A stretch of 64,000 nucleotides of DNA from Macrostomum lignano. Taxonomy: Eukaryota. The position numbers and the translations under genes were made by a program. The notes beneath the pieces were generated by a model. It made no database searches. It was not told the origin of the DNA and was given only the letters and a program-made list of their open reading frames with translations. Positions 35,884 to 48,057 of this stretch are shown here, piece by piece (position 1 is the stretch's first letter; every line of letters begins with the position of its first letter). The stretch spans positions 1-64,000 of the forward strand of contig NIVC01001499.1 in assembly GCA_002269645.1 (NCBI GenBank), given 5' to 3'.

Positions 35884-36840
35884 TCACAATTGCGACAGCA
35901 TCAGAGCACCGTCGTTTGGAGCTGAATGCGAATAAAATGCCGAGTCTGGCAATGGCAGCTGTGGCTGCTGCTGTTGGTGGTAGATGAAACTGCTAGTAGG
36001 GTCAAGCTGGTAGTTCGGACCATAGAATGATTGATGCTGGAGATGCTGCTGTTGCAGCTGTCCTTCAGACTGCGCAGCAGAAGTTGCTTGTTCCAGCTGG
36101 TTCGGCACAACATATTGCTGTTGTTGTTGTTGCTGCTGCTGCAGCAGGTAGTTTAACTGATTTTGATCAACATAGATCACTTGGCTGTAGCTTGGCACTT
36201 GATAGACATATTGCTGCTGTTGTTGCTGGGGTTGCGGCTGCAGAGGCGGCAGCAGAATCTCTGACTGATCAGCTGGTGGTTGATCGTAAGCGTGAATAGT
36301 TGGTACCTGCTGCACATCAGCAGTTGATTGGTCTAATTTTTTACAGTTGATTTCCGAATCCTGTAGCTTTGGGTGCTTTGCTAATTGTTGCAGATTCTGG
36401 TGATCGCCGCAGTCTTCGCCGCTGCTGTCGCTCTGCTGTTGTGTGCTGGCGGGTCGCTTCTTGCATTTCGGCTGGTATTTGTAGTCCGGATGGGCTGCTC
36501 GGTGCTCAGATTTCAACCTGCTGGCCTCGTCTCTGCATTTTGTTGGCGTTTTTTATGTATAGTTTAAATAGCAAAGCTCGGCAAGATAGAATTTAATGTC
36601 ATCCTACCTGAAAGGCTGTTTCTCCTTGTCTGGCAGGGTGCGCCACTCCTCGCCAAGACGCCGGCTGATGTCGGAATTGTGCAGCTTCGGGTTCTCGGCG
36701 GCAATTACTTTTCGACGCGTCTGCGCCCAGACCATGAATGGGTTCATTGGTCGTTTAATGTGCTGTTGTTGTTGCTGCTGCTGCTGTTGTTCGCAGCAGG
36801 ATCCATCTGCGCTGGTCGGTTGGTCTGAGTCGGTGGTCAT
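35884..36840 (-). CDS. Sox-family HMG-box transcription factor (SoxB-like, divergent) with a Q-rich C-terminus
   Basis: Exon 1 36840-36608 and exon 2 36532-35884, joined across a 75-nt GT-AG intron (36533-36607, phase 2), give [74 protein letters not shown]. Confidence 0.92.
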
Positions 36841-38275
36841 TGTCACAGGTTGCTAATGGAAGTAATAATAGCTGAAGACAAAGACCAAGAATAAGACGTT
36901 AGTAAGACATTTTCTAAGTAAGCTTAATAAAACACAAGTGCAGTCGTTTCATGCATAAAAATACAGTACTGTTTCAAATTAAAAACATGTTTTCCTATAC
37001 AACTATATTTTCAAAGCATTTCAGTGTTCATATACAGTAATACAGGGCTTAGTTTGTACGAGTGATTTCTATAACCAAATAAAAAATACCTCGGCTTCGT
37101 TAAGTTCATTGCTACTAGAAAAAGATTTGAGAAAAGATTGTTATCATTTTATTTATACAGCTACAGAGCGAACAGCAAAGCAAATAAATATATTAAGTTC
37201 TACGAACTACGTACAGTACAGTGAGAGCAAAAAAACATAAAACATATAGAAAATTTATCTGCCATGGTCTAACGTATTAGAAACATGTAAAAATTACAGC
37301 TCAGGTATTGTATCGAAATCTAAAATGCTACTGAAAAAAATCTTCCTTGTTGGCTTAGGCTTACCTGAAGAAGCAAGACGCCTAGCTAACTATCACTTAG
37401 ACAGTGACGATAAAATATTTTCTATTTGCAAGTTAAAGGATGATACAGACGCCACAACGATTTTTTATTATTAAAAAAGATAAATAAAACAGAAAAATTG
37501 CTTTTAAATCGAAAAATTAGATTTAAAATTTTATACAAACATACCTTACGCTAGAAAAATATTTAACTTGTTTTAACTAATTAAGCCCGGAAACCAAAAC
37601 GGAATAATTGTTTGTCTTACAAATTCAGTTAATTGCACATAAGATTCCTTATTCCGCTCAGCAGACTAAATAAGCAGACAGAGCTTAAAATTTTAAATAA
37701 AACTCTAAACTTACTTCGGAAGAACGCAGCTTTTTTTAGGAAGAAGAACTTCCTAACTTCTTAACATTAGATTTTAGTGTAAACGTTTTTAGAAAGATAT
37801 AATTATAGGCAATCTTAGTTTGCTAACTTTTACTTTTACAAATTTTATTTTAAAGAATAACTTTTTTAGCATGAAGTATCAGATTTCGTAAAACAAGTTT
37901 GTAATAAGTAGTTTTATTGTATCTTTTCTTTGAAACATTAAAGTACGAAATTAAAAGTTGAATGTTAATTCAATGCATTTGATTCAAATTGTTTCGTGCT
38001 GTGGCGTATGTCTTGCTTTTCGTTTAGTTAGGTCTTTAACAAACTTAACTGCCAAGACACAATAATAAAATATTAGTGCTGTAAGGCTGGTGTTTAGGGC
38101 TGTATTAGGCGTAACTTTTAAAAACCGTTTATTATTTTCTCAGCTTGTGATTTCAGCTTTTGGTTTCCTGTGGCTGTAGCTGTATTTAATTTTAATCCAT
38201 TCGAAAGTATTTAGCACTAGGATCCTTAAACATCTAGTTTCGCGTCTGCTTTGATTTTAACGACCTTGCTCTGAC

Positions 38276-41200
38276 ATGGGGTGCAATTTCAGCACTGTTG
38301 ATAAGGCAGCAGTGGAAAGAAGCAAAGCAATTGATAGAGAAATCAAAGCAGAGGAAGAAAACTCTGCTAAGGAAGTTAAGCTTCTTCTTCTCGGTATGTC
38401 TATTTTTTATTTTAGAACTTTTTACAATAGTCATTTCAGTAGTTTCACGTAATTTTTTTAATTCATTTACTTGATTTACAAAGCAATTGTTACTTTTAAA
38501 ATAAAATACAACATATAGACACTATGATGAAAGGCAATGGCTAGAGTTCTGGCACCGGAACCCGTTTTCTGATGGCTACGGATCCGGCAGTGCCATTATA
38601 ATATAGATGGAACATTATATTTTTCTTTCTACAGGTGGCTGATATTGAGATTTTGTTCTAGATTAAAATTTAAGATGATATGATAAGATTTGGGACGAGA
38701 TGCTTCTAATATTTAGACTTCTTAAGATATGTTCTTAGCAGTCTTTATATGCTTTTATATGGCACTGCTGGACCCCTAGCTGTTGGAGGACGGGTTCCGG
38801 TGCCAGAACTCTAGCCATTATTATGATGAAATCTTTGCATGGCCATTCTAGAACTGACAGTTGCGCATAATTTTTTGCAAAGTTTTTACCTTATAATGTT
38901 TAAAGTTTTAAGCACTTAAATGTCATGGCTAACTTGTTATAGGCTTTTCTATATCAATTTTCTATATAGGCCTACTTAGATTAGAAGCAGTTTTGCAATT
39001 AGGCAATGTCTTAGTTTTCTTGTATTAAACTATTTTAACTTCAATTTGTAAACAAATGAATCAAAACAAGTTTACTGAACCATTTAAGACATGCAAATCT
39101 TTTAATAAACTATTTAGGTAATATCATATAATAGGCCTATAGTAATAAGGCCATAGGCCTAGTTTGGAAGGGTACTGACCAATTGGCAACAAACAAATTA
39201 GGCAACAGCAATTCACAATGGACCAATTTGGTAAAAGCAAATTTGGCCACAGTCTAGGCAAATTCGGTGACAATTAATAGTGGAAAAAAATTGTATATAA
39301 TTTGGATAATTCTTTTAGTATAATATCAATATTCTTCAATGCATATTAGCTTTCCCTTTTAATTGAGTTTGTTTTATCTATCATTTATCATTATAAGCTT
39401 TAAAAGAATTAAATTATAAGGGCAATAGTTCATGTTCTCCAATTGAAAAGAGATAGCCTAGATGCGAACAGACTGGACTGCTAATGTAGCGACCTAGGTT
39501 TGAATCTTAGTAATGCAAAATAATTTTTTTATCAAAAAACCCTAAAACACAAAATGCTAAACATAAAGGAAGCGCAATGTCAAACATTAAAGAGCCAACC
39601 ATCTAAAACATTAAAGAACCACTGTGTCAAACATATACATGACTCCATGTCAAACATATATGTGACTCCATGTCATACATTAAAGAGCCACCATGTCAAG
39701 CATTAAAGAGCCACCATGTCAAACATTAAAGAACCGCCATGTCAAACATAAAAGAGCCACCATGTCAAACATATACGTGAATCCATGTAAAACATATACG
39801 TAGCTCCATGTCAAACATTAAAAAGTCAACACGTCAAGCATAGTAGAGCCACCATGTCAAACATTAAAGAGCCACCATGTCAAACATTAAATAAACACGA
39901 TGTTGAACATTAAAGAGCCACAATGTTGAACAATAAAGAGTCAGGCCATGTTAAACATTAATAGACCACCATGTTAAATATTAAGGAGCCACCATGCCAA
40001 ACATAAAAGAGCCACCATGCCAAACATAAAAGAGCCACCATGTCAAACATTAAAGAGCCACCATGCCAAACATAAAAGAGCCACCATGTCAAAAATAAAA
40101 TAGCCACCATGTTGAACAATAAAGAGTCACCATATCAAACATTAAAGAGCCACCAAGTCAAACATAAAAGAGCCACCATGTCAAACATTAAAGAGCCACC
40201 ATGCCAAACATAAAAGAGCCACCATGTCAATCATAAAAGAGCCACCATGTTAAACAATAAAGAGCCAACATGTAAAACATTAAAGAGCCACCTTGTCAAA
40301 CAATAAAGAGCCTCCATGTCAAACATAAAAGAGCCACCATGTTGAACAGTAAAGAGCCTACATATCAAACATAAAAGAGCCACCATGTCAAACATATATG
40401 TGACTGACTCCATGTCAAACATTAAAGCGCCACCATGTCAAACATATAGGTGATTCCATGTCAAACAAAGAAGAGCCACCATGTCAAACATTAAAGAGAC
40501 ACCATTTCAAACATAAAAGAGACACCATTTCAAACATAAAAAGAAGTGTCATGCCAAACGAAATAGAGCCACTATAAAGCTAAGAAAATTGTTGCACTAG
40601 CTACTTGTTCTCTAGTGGATGCTTGCTTTTTAAGGATACTTGCTATCAGGGGGATGCTTGCTATCAGGGGGATGCTTGCTATCAGGGGGATGCTTGCTAT
40701 CCGAGGGATGCTTGCTATCTGCGGGATGCTTGCTATCTGGCATTGCTTGCTATCTGGGGGATGCTTGCTATCTGGGGGATGCTTGCTCTTGTGGGTGGAG
40801 GGTACTTGCTATCTGAGAGGGGGTTGCTAGATATCTATAAGGTCTCTTTGTATCCAGGTTATGCTTGCTATCTGGGGTTGCTTGTGGTCTGGGGGATGCT
40901 TGCGATCTGGGGGATGCTTGCTATCTGGGGGATTCTTGCTATCTGGGGAATGCTTGCTATTGGGAGATGCTTGCCCTTGGAAGGTGGAGGGTACCTGAGA
41001 GGGGGTTGCTAGCTATCTATCAGATTCAGAACCATTTGTATCCAGGTTATGCTTGGTATCAGGGGTTGCTGGCGGTCTGGGGGATGCTTGCTATCTGGGC
41101 ATCAATGCTTGAATGCTCTGAGGTTGCTTGCTGTCTTGGGATGTTTTATTTTTAGTGGGAATGTCTGTTGTTTTTTATGAAGGCTTTATTTCGCGGTCTA

Positions 41201-44200
41201 TTTGTTATTTGTAAAGAACAAGGATTCTATCCAGATGTCCCCCATCGGGGGGCGAAGATTGCTAGTTTTTACTATATTTAAGCTAATACTATTGGATTTT
41301 TTTGTTTAAAAAAAAGAAATGTATATTTTAGAATTTTCAAGCTTCACAAAGTATACTTACCTTCTTTGACATAAATTATACATACATTTTGTTTAACTAT
41401 GATGCTGGGTAATACTAAAGTAGCAAATAGCTAGACATAATACTTGATGTGAGTCCTGAGATACAATGTCAATTATAATGTTCCATGATATGAAATTTCT
41501 TTAAAGTTTTTTTACTACATAGCTACTTACTTATTCTAAGCAACTTATATAAAAACAATTTAAAAAAATTTCCTCTATTATTAATTTTTATAATGAGCTA
41601 TACAATTTATATAGTTTGACTTCTTACATTGTAGGCGCTGGCGAGTCAGGTAAAAGCACTTTGGTCAAACAAATGAAGTAAGTGTATATTGCATTGCATT
41701 TATTGCTTGGGATATTTTTGTATACCAGTTGTGTAGCCGAAAATTTTCAATTAGAAAAAATGATTTGTAATAAAAGTTATTATTGTTATAATACTTCATC
41801 CAATTCAGAATAATCCACGAGAATGGCTACACAAACGAGGAAAGGTTTCAATACCGATCTGTTGTGTTCAGTAACACTGTCCAATCACTGCTAGCCATTG
41901 TTCGCGCTATGGGCCATCTTGGCATCGAGTTTGGCTCGGCCGCCTCTCTTGATGATGCCAGGCAGCTATTCGCTCTGAGTGGAGCTGCCGATAACGACCA
42001 GCTGCCAGTGCCGCTGTCCCAGGCTATGCGGCGTCTATGGGCTGATCCTGGGGTGCAGGTCAGTGTCTTCCCCGATCCTTGCGTTGGGTCTGCAGTCTCC
42101 AGCCGAACCCTCCCAGATCCTCAGACTGAACCTTCAGCCACACCCTCCCAGATCCTCAGGCTGAACCTTCAGCCGCACCCTCCCAGATCCTCAGACTGAA
42201 CCTTCAGCCACACCCTCCCAGATCCTCAGGCTGAACCTTCAGCCGCACCCTCCCAGATCCTCAGGCTGAACCTTCAGCCGCACCCTCCCAGATCCTCAGA
42301 CTGAACCTTCAGCCACACCCTCCCAGATCCTCAGGCTGAACCTTCAGCCGCACCCTCCCAGATCCTCAGGCTGAACCTTCAGCCGCACCCTCCCAGATCT
42401 TCAGGCTGAACCTTCAGACACACCCTCCCAGATCCTCAGGCTGAACCTTCAGCCACACCCTCCCAGATCCTCAGGCTGAGCCTTCAGCCTTCAGCCACAC
42501 CCTCCCAGATCCTCAGGCTGAACCTTAAGCAACACCCTCCCAGATCCTCAGGCTGAACTATCAGCCACACCCTCCCAGATCCTCAGGCTGAACTATCAGC
42601 CACACCCTCCCAGATCCTCAGGCTGAGCCTTCAGCCGCACCCTCCCAGATCCTCAGGCTGAACCTTCAGCCTTCAGCCACACCCTCCCAGATCCTCAGGC
42701 TGAGCCTTCAGCAACACCCTCCCAGATCCTCAGGCTGAGCCTTCAGCAACACCCTCCCAGATCCTCAGGCTGAGCCTTCAGCAACACCCTCCCAGATCCT
42801 CAGGCTGAGCCTTCAGCAACACCCTCCCAGATCCTCAGGCTGAGCCTTCAGCAACACCCTCCCAGATTCTCAGGCTGAGCCTTCAGACACACCCTCCCAG
42901 ACCCTCAGACTGAACCTTCAGCCACACCCTCCCAGATCCTCAGGCTGAACCTTCAGCCGCACCCTCCCAGATCCTCAGGCTGAACCTTCAGCCGCACCCT
43001 CCCAGATCCTCAGACTGAACCTTCAGCCGCACCCTCCCAGATCCTCAGACTGAACCTTCAGCCGCACCCTCCCAGATCCTCAGGCTGAACCTTCAGCCGC
43101 ACCCTCCCAGATCCTCAGACTGAACCTTCAGCCACACCCTCCCAGATCCTCAGGCTGAACCTTCAGCCGCACCCTCCTAGATCCTCAGGCTGAACCTTCA
43201 GCCGCACCCTCCCAGATCCTCAGGCTGAACCTTCAGCCGCACCCTCCCAGATCCTCAGGCTGAACCTTCAGCCGCACCCTCCCAGATCCTCAGGCTGAAC
43301 CTTCAGCCGCACCCTCCCAGATCCTCAGGCTGAACCTTCAGCCGCACCCTCCCAGATCCTCAGGCTGAACCTTCAGCCGCACCCTCCCAGATCCTCAGGC
43401 TGAACCTTCAGCCGCACCCTCCCAGATCCTCAGGCTGAACCTTCAGCCGCACCCTCCCAGATCCTCAGACTGAACCTTCAGCCACACCCTCCCAGATCCT
43501 CAGGCTGAACCTTCAGCCGCACCCTCCCAGATCCTCAGGCTGAACCTTCAGCCGCACCCTCCCAGATCCTCAGGCTGAACCTTCAGCCGCACCCTCCCAG
43601 ATCCTCAGGCTGAACCTTCAGCCACACCCTCCCAGATCCTCAGGCTGAGCCTTCAGCCTTCAGCAACACCCTCCCAGATCCTCAGGCTGAACCTTCAGCC
43701 ACACCCTCCCAGATCCTCAGGCTGAACCTTCAGACACACCCTCACAGATCCTCAGGCTGAACCTTCAGCCGCACCCTCCCAGATCCTCAGGCTGAACCTT
43801 CAGCCGCACCCTCCCAGATCCTCAGGCTGAACCTTCAGCCACACCCTCCCAGATCCTCAGGCTGAGCCTTCAGCCTTCAGCAACACCCTCCCAGATCCTC
43901 AGGCTGAACCTTCAGCCACACCCTCCCAGATCCTCAGGCTGAACCTTCAGCCGCACCCTCCCAGATCCTCAGGCTGAACCTTCAGCCGCACCCTCCCAGA
44001 TCCTCAGGCTGAACCTTCAGCCGCACCCTCCCAGATCCTCAGACTGAACCTTCAGCCACACCCTCCCAGATCCTCAGGCTGAACCTTCAGCCGCACCCTC
44101 CCAGATCCTCAGGCTGAACCTTCAGCCGCACCCTCCCAGATCCTCAGGCTGAACCTTCAGCCGCACCCTCCCAGATCCTCAGGCTGAACCTTCAGCCACA

Positions 44201-46480
44201 CCCTCCCAGATCCTCAGGCTGAGCCTTCAGCCTTCAGCAACACCCTCCCAGATCCTCAGGCTGAACCTTCAGCCACACCCTCCCAGATCCTCAGGCTGAA
44301 CCTTCAGACACACCCTCCCAGATCCTCAGGCTGAACCTTCAGCCGCACCCTCCCAGATCCTCAGGCTGAACCTTCAGCCGCACCCTCCCAGATCCTCAGG
44401 CTGAACCTTCAGCCACACCCTCCCAGATCCTCAGGCTGAGCCTTCAGCCTTCAGCAACACCCTCCCAGATCCTCAGGCTGAACCTTCAGCCACACCCTCC
44501 CAGATCCTCAGGCTGAGCCTTCAGACACACCCTCCCAGATCCTCAGGCTGAACCTTCAGCAACACCCTCCCAGATCCTCAGGCTGAGCCTTCAGCCTTCA
44601 GCCACACCCTCCCAGATCCTCAGGCTGAACCTTCAGCAACACCCTCCCAGATCCTCAGGCTGAACTATCAGCCACACCCTCCCAGATCCTCAGGCTGAAC
44701 TATCAGCCACACCCTCCCAGATCCTCAGGCTGAGCCTTCAGCCGCACCCTCCCAGATCCTCAGGCTGAACCTTCAGCCTTCAGCCACACCCTCCCAGATC
44801 CTCAGGCTGAGCCTTCAGCAACACCCTCCCAGATCCTCAGGCTGAGCCTTCAGCAACACCCTCCCAGATCCTCAGGCTGAGCCTTCAGCAACACCCTCCC
44901 AGACCCTCAGACTGAACCTTCAGCCACACCCTCCCAGATCCTCAGACTGAACCTTCAGCCACACCCTCCCAGATCCTCCGACTGAACCTTCAGCCACACC
45001 CTCCCAGATCCTCAGGCTGAACCTTCAGCCACACCCTCCCAGACCCTCAGACTGAACCTTCAGCCGCATCGCCAGCTACTGAACTTTGAATCTTTGAGCC
45101 TAAAGTTAACCGCTCGCCACCATGAATGACCGCAGGAGTGCTTCCGCCGCAGCCGCGAGTACCAGCTCAACGACAGCGCCGAATACTACCTCAATAGTTT
45201 AGATCGTCTAAGCCAGCCCGACTATGTTCCAAGCGAACAGGATGTACTTCGAACTCGAGTGAAAACTACGGGCATTATTGAGACGCAGTTTCACTACAAA
45301 GGCCTGCACTTTCGCATGTTCGATGTTGGAGGCCAGAGATCCGAGCGTAAGAAATGGATCCACTGTTTTGAAGGAGTCACAGCCGTTATCTTCACCGTAG
45401 CCCTGTCGGAGTACGATCTCACCCTGTTTGAGGACCAGGAGCTCAACAGGATGACAGAGTCGCTGAAATTGTTCGACAGCATCTGCAACAATCAGTGGTT
45501 TGTTAACACCGCTATTATCTTGTTTTTAAACAAGATGGATTTGTTCCAACAGAAGATTCAGTACTCGCCTCTAAGGCTCTGCTTTCCGGAGTACACAGGT
45601 TAGACTTTTGATTTTACGTTTTTTTCCTGAAGCTTTAGCCTTGTGTTATTAGAGGTTTGTGTCCTGAGTTGACCCCTGTAAAGATTCATTTAAGGCCTTG
45701 CGTATTCCGAAGCAACATTGTATTTACTAAAAGATGTATTGTCCTTAAATGACCCCTTGTATTCTCCCTTTGCAGACTAATTAGTAAAAGTTATCATGTC
45801 CTTTAATGAGCTTTGTAGGCTATTTTATAGGCTATGTTGTCAGTAGATGACTTCTATTAACTCTGATTAAAAGCTTTTGTGTCCTTAAAATGACCTCCTG
45901 CAGACTTTATAACTCACGTGTCCCCGTGTCCTGAGATGACCCCTGGAACACTTGCAGAAGGTTCCCCTTGACCCGAAATGACCCCCTATAAGACTTGCAG
46001 AAGGTTCCTCTTGACCCGAAATGACCCCCTACAAAACTTGTAGAAGTTTCCCGTGTCCCGAGATAACCCCTGTAGACTTACAGAAGGTTTGGTGTCCCGA
46101 GATGACCCCTGTAGACTTACAGAAGGTTTGGTCCCGAGATGACCCCAGTAGACTTACAGAAGGTTCCAAGTGTCCCAAGATGACCCCAGTAGACTTGCAG
46201 AAGGTTCCAAGTGTCCCGAGATGACCCGCTCAGCAGCTACAGTCTCGCAGACTTAGTCCCACAACCGCCCCTGTCCGCACCAACCGAAGGTCCCAACGAC
46301 TACCGTGCCGCCGGCGAGTACATCCAGCACCGATTTGAAAGCCTCAACAAGCGTCGAGATAAACGCGACGTTTATACCCACTTCACCTGCGCTACCGACA
46401 CTAGCAATGTGCAATTTGTGTTCGACGCCGTTACTGACGTCATTATCAGAAACAACCTTAGAGACTGCGGCCTCGCCTGA
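38276..46480 (+). CDS. Heterotrimeric G protein alpha subunit, Gi/o family (354 aa)
   Basis: Exons 38276-38393, 41635-41677, 41809-42058, 45136-45598, 46290-46480 (118+43+250+463+191 = 1065 nt). Motifs [48 protein letters not shown]; ends NNLRDCGLA. Confidence 0.97.
38536..38819. mobile_element. MITE (284 bp) in G-alpha intron 1
   Basis: Perfect 29-bp TIR AATGGCTAGAGTTCTGGCACCGGAACCCG (38536-38564 / 38791-38819) with further imperfect pairing inward; no clear TSD. Confidence 0.8.
39404..41265 (+). mobile_element. 5'-truncated second copy of the satellite-bearing Helitron, in G-alpha intron 1
   Basis: Homology to 14470 onward (ATTATAAGGG...CTCCAATTGAAAA...). Same ~23-bp array (~39570-40545) and 18-bp array (~40610-41140). 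Same 3' end CCCCCATCGGGGGGCGAAGATTGCTAG|T. Confidence 0.8.
42105..45065 (+). repeat. 35-bp minisatellite (about 85 units) filling G-alpha intron 3
   Basis: Unit CCTTCAGCC(G/A)CACCCTCCCAGATCCTCAGGCTGAA, same as KDM7 intron 4. Confidence 0.97.
45880..46250 (+). repeat. Degenerate ~41-bp repeat GATGACCCC(A/T)GTAGACTT(A/G)CAGAAGGTTCC...GTCCCGA in G-alpha intron 4
   Basis: Several diverged direct units. Confidence 0.85.
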
Positions 46481-46744
46481 AGAGAATGGCGAAATAACAA
46501 AACTGCAAGAATTAATAGTTGGCTGACACCTCAAGTTCTTGAACGCGTGTGTTTTTATTGCTTCCTTTGTGTGCTATTAAATTTTATACTAATGAATGAG
46601 TAGCATTGCTATGAAAACTGCTATAATTATTTTTTTAATTGTAAAGTTGAACTTTCTGTCGATTACTAATTTAAACTGAAAACGTTATTTAACAGTTAAA
46701 TCCAGGCACCATTGAGGATTAAGGCCATTAACAGATTACGTAAC

Positions 46745-47265
46745 ACCACTATCAGATTCAGATACTGATGGCATTACCCGAATCTGTTAATCACATTATC
46801 AGAATCTGTAATGCCATTATCAGAATCTGTAATCACATTATCAGAATCTGTAATGCCATTATCAGAATCTGTAATCACATTATCAGAATCTGTAATGCCA
46901 TTATCAGAATCTGTAATCACATTATCAGAATCTGTAATGCCATTATCAGAATCTGTAATGCCATTATCAGAATCTGTAATGACATTGTCAGAATCTACAA
47001 CCACATTATCAGAATCTGTAATGCCATTATCAGAATCTGTAATGCCATTATCAGAATCTGTAATGCCATTATCAGAATCCTTAATGCCATTATCAGAATC
47101 TGTAATGCCATTATCAGAATATGTAATGCTATTATCAGAATCTGTAATGCCATTATCAGAATCTGTAATTACATTATTAAAATCTGTAATCACATTATTA
47201 GAATCTGTAATGACATTGTCAGAATCTACAACCACATTATCAGAATCTGTAATGCCACTATCAGA
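46745..47265 (+). repeat. 21-bp minisatellite CATTATCAGAATCTGTAATGC downstream of the G-alpha stop
   Basis: Direct units; the source of the (IIRICNA)n artefact ORFs. Confidence 0.95.
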
Positions 47266-48057
47266 AACAATGTTTATTTTTACATATAAATTTAAGATTC
47301 GACTTCGACAAAAATAAGAACTTTAAAATTTAGCTTTGCAAATGAAAAAACTTCATCTATTCAAGACTAAAATTGCAGGTTGTGTTTATTCATATATTTA
47401 TTATTTTAAAAAATATTTGTAAAAACGAATTCTTTCAAAGTATAACCTGCTTTTCACCTTCATAGATATTTTTCCATTCATACCCATTTGACACCCAAAT
47501 CAGTGAATCCTGCCATTTAAACTTGGGCCAAAATATTTATTTACAATTCCTTTGTAATTACTTGAAATCGAAATTTCCAAGCATAACAAATTTATTATTT
47601 TAATAATTTTATTAAGCTAGCACCAAAATTGCCAAACTATATTTTTAACCTTTGTATTGTCACCTTGTGCGCTTTATTTAAATTTGTTATAATCATTTAT
47701 GCCAAAAAATTTTTGCACTTCCTTACTTATAAATTATTTTATTAATTTTCCTTTGTTACTATTAATACTAATAATATGTAATCGCTAAGTAGCTTATTTT
47801 TTATTCAAAGACCTCGCAAATGCAATCGGTTCAAGTAGTTAACGATATTTTAAATAATAAATAAATAAATTATTTTATGTAATTTCCACTGACCTATGTT
47901 GTATTGTTTACAGTTATTTTCCTGAATGTTGAAAAATTATTTAATTCCAATTAATTAAAAATATAATTTAAGAATATCAAATTTCAGGTAATGTTCTCAT
48001 CTCAAACATTAAAATCGGCTATTTTCTAAGCTAAATTTAAACTAAAGTCTGCCTCTA

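Noticed and set aside
46768-47317. (IIRICNA)n, (DNGITDS)n and (LSESVMP)n ORFs
   Set aside because: A 21-bp repeat open in several frames on both strands; no support for a protein.
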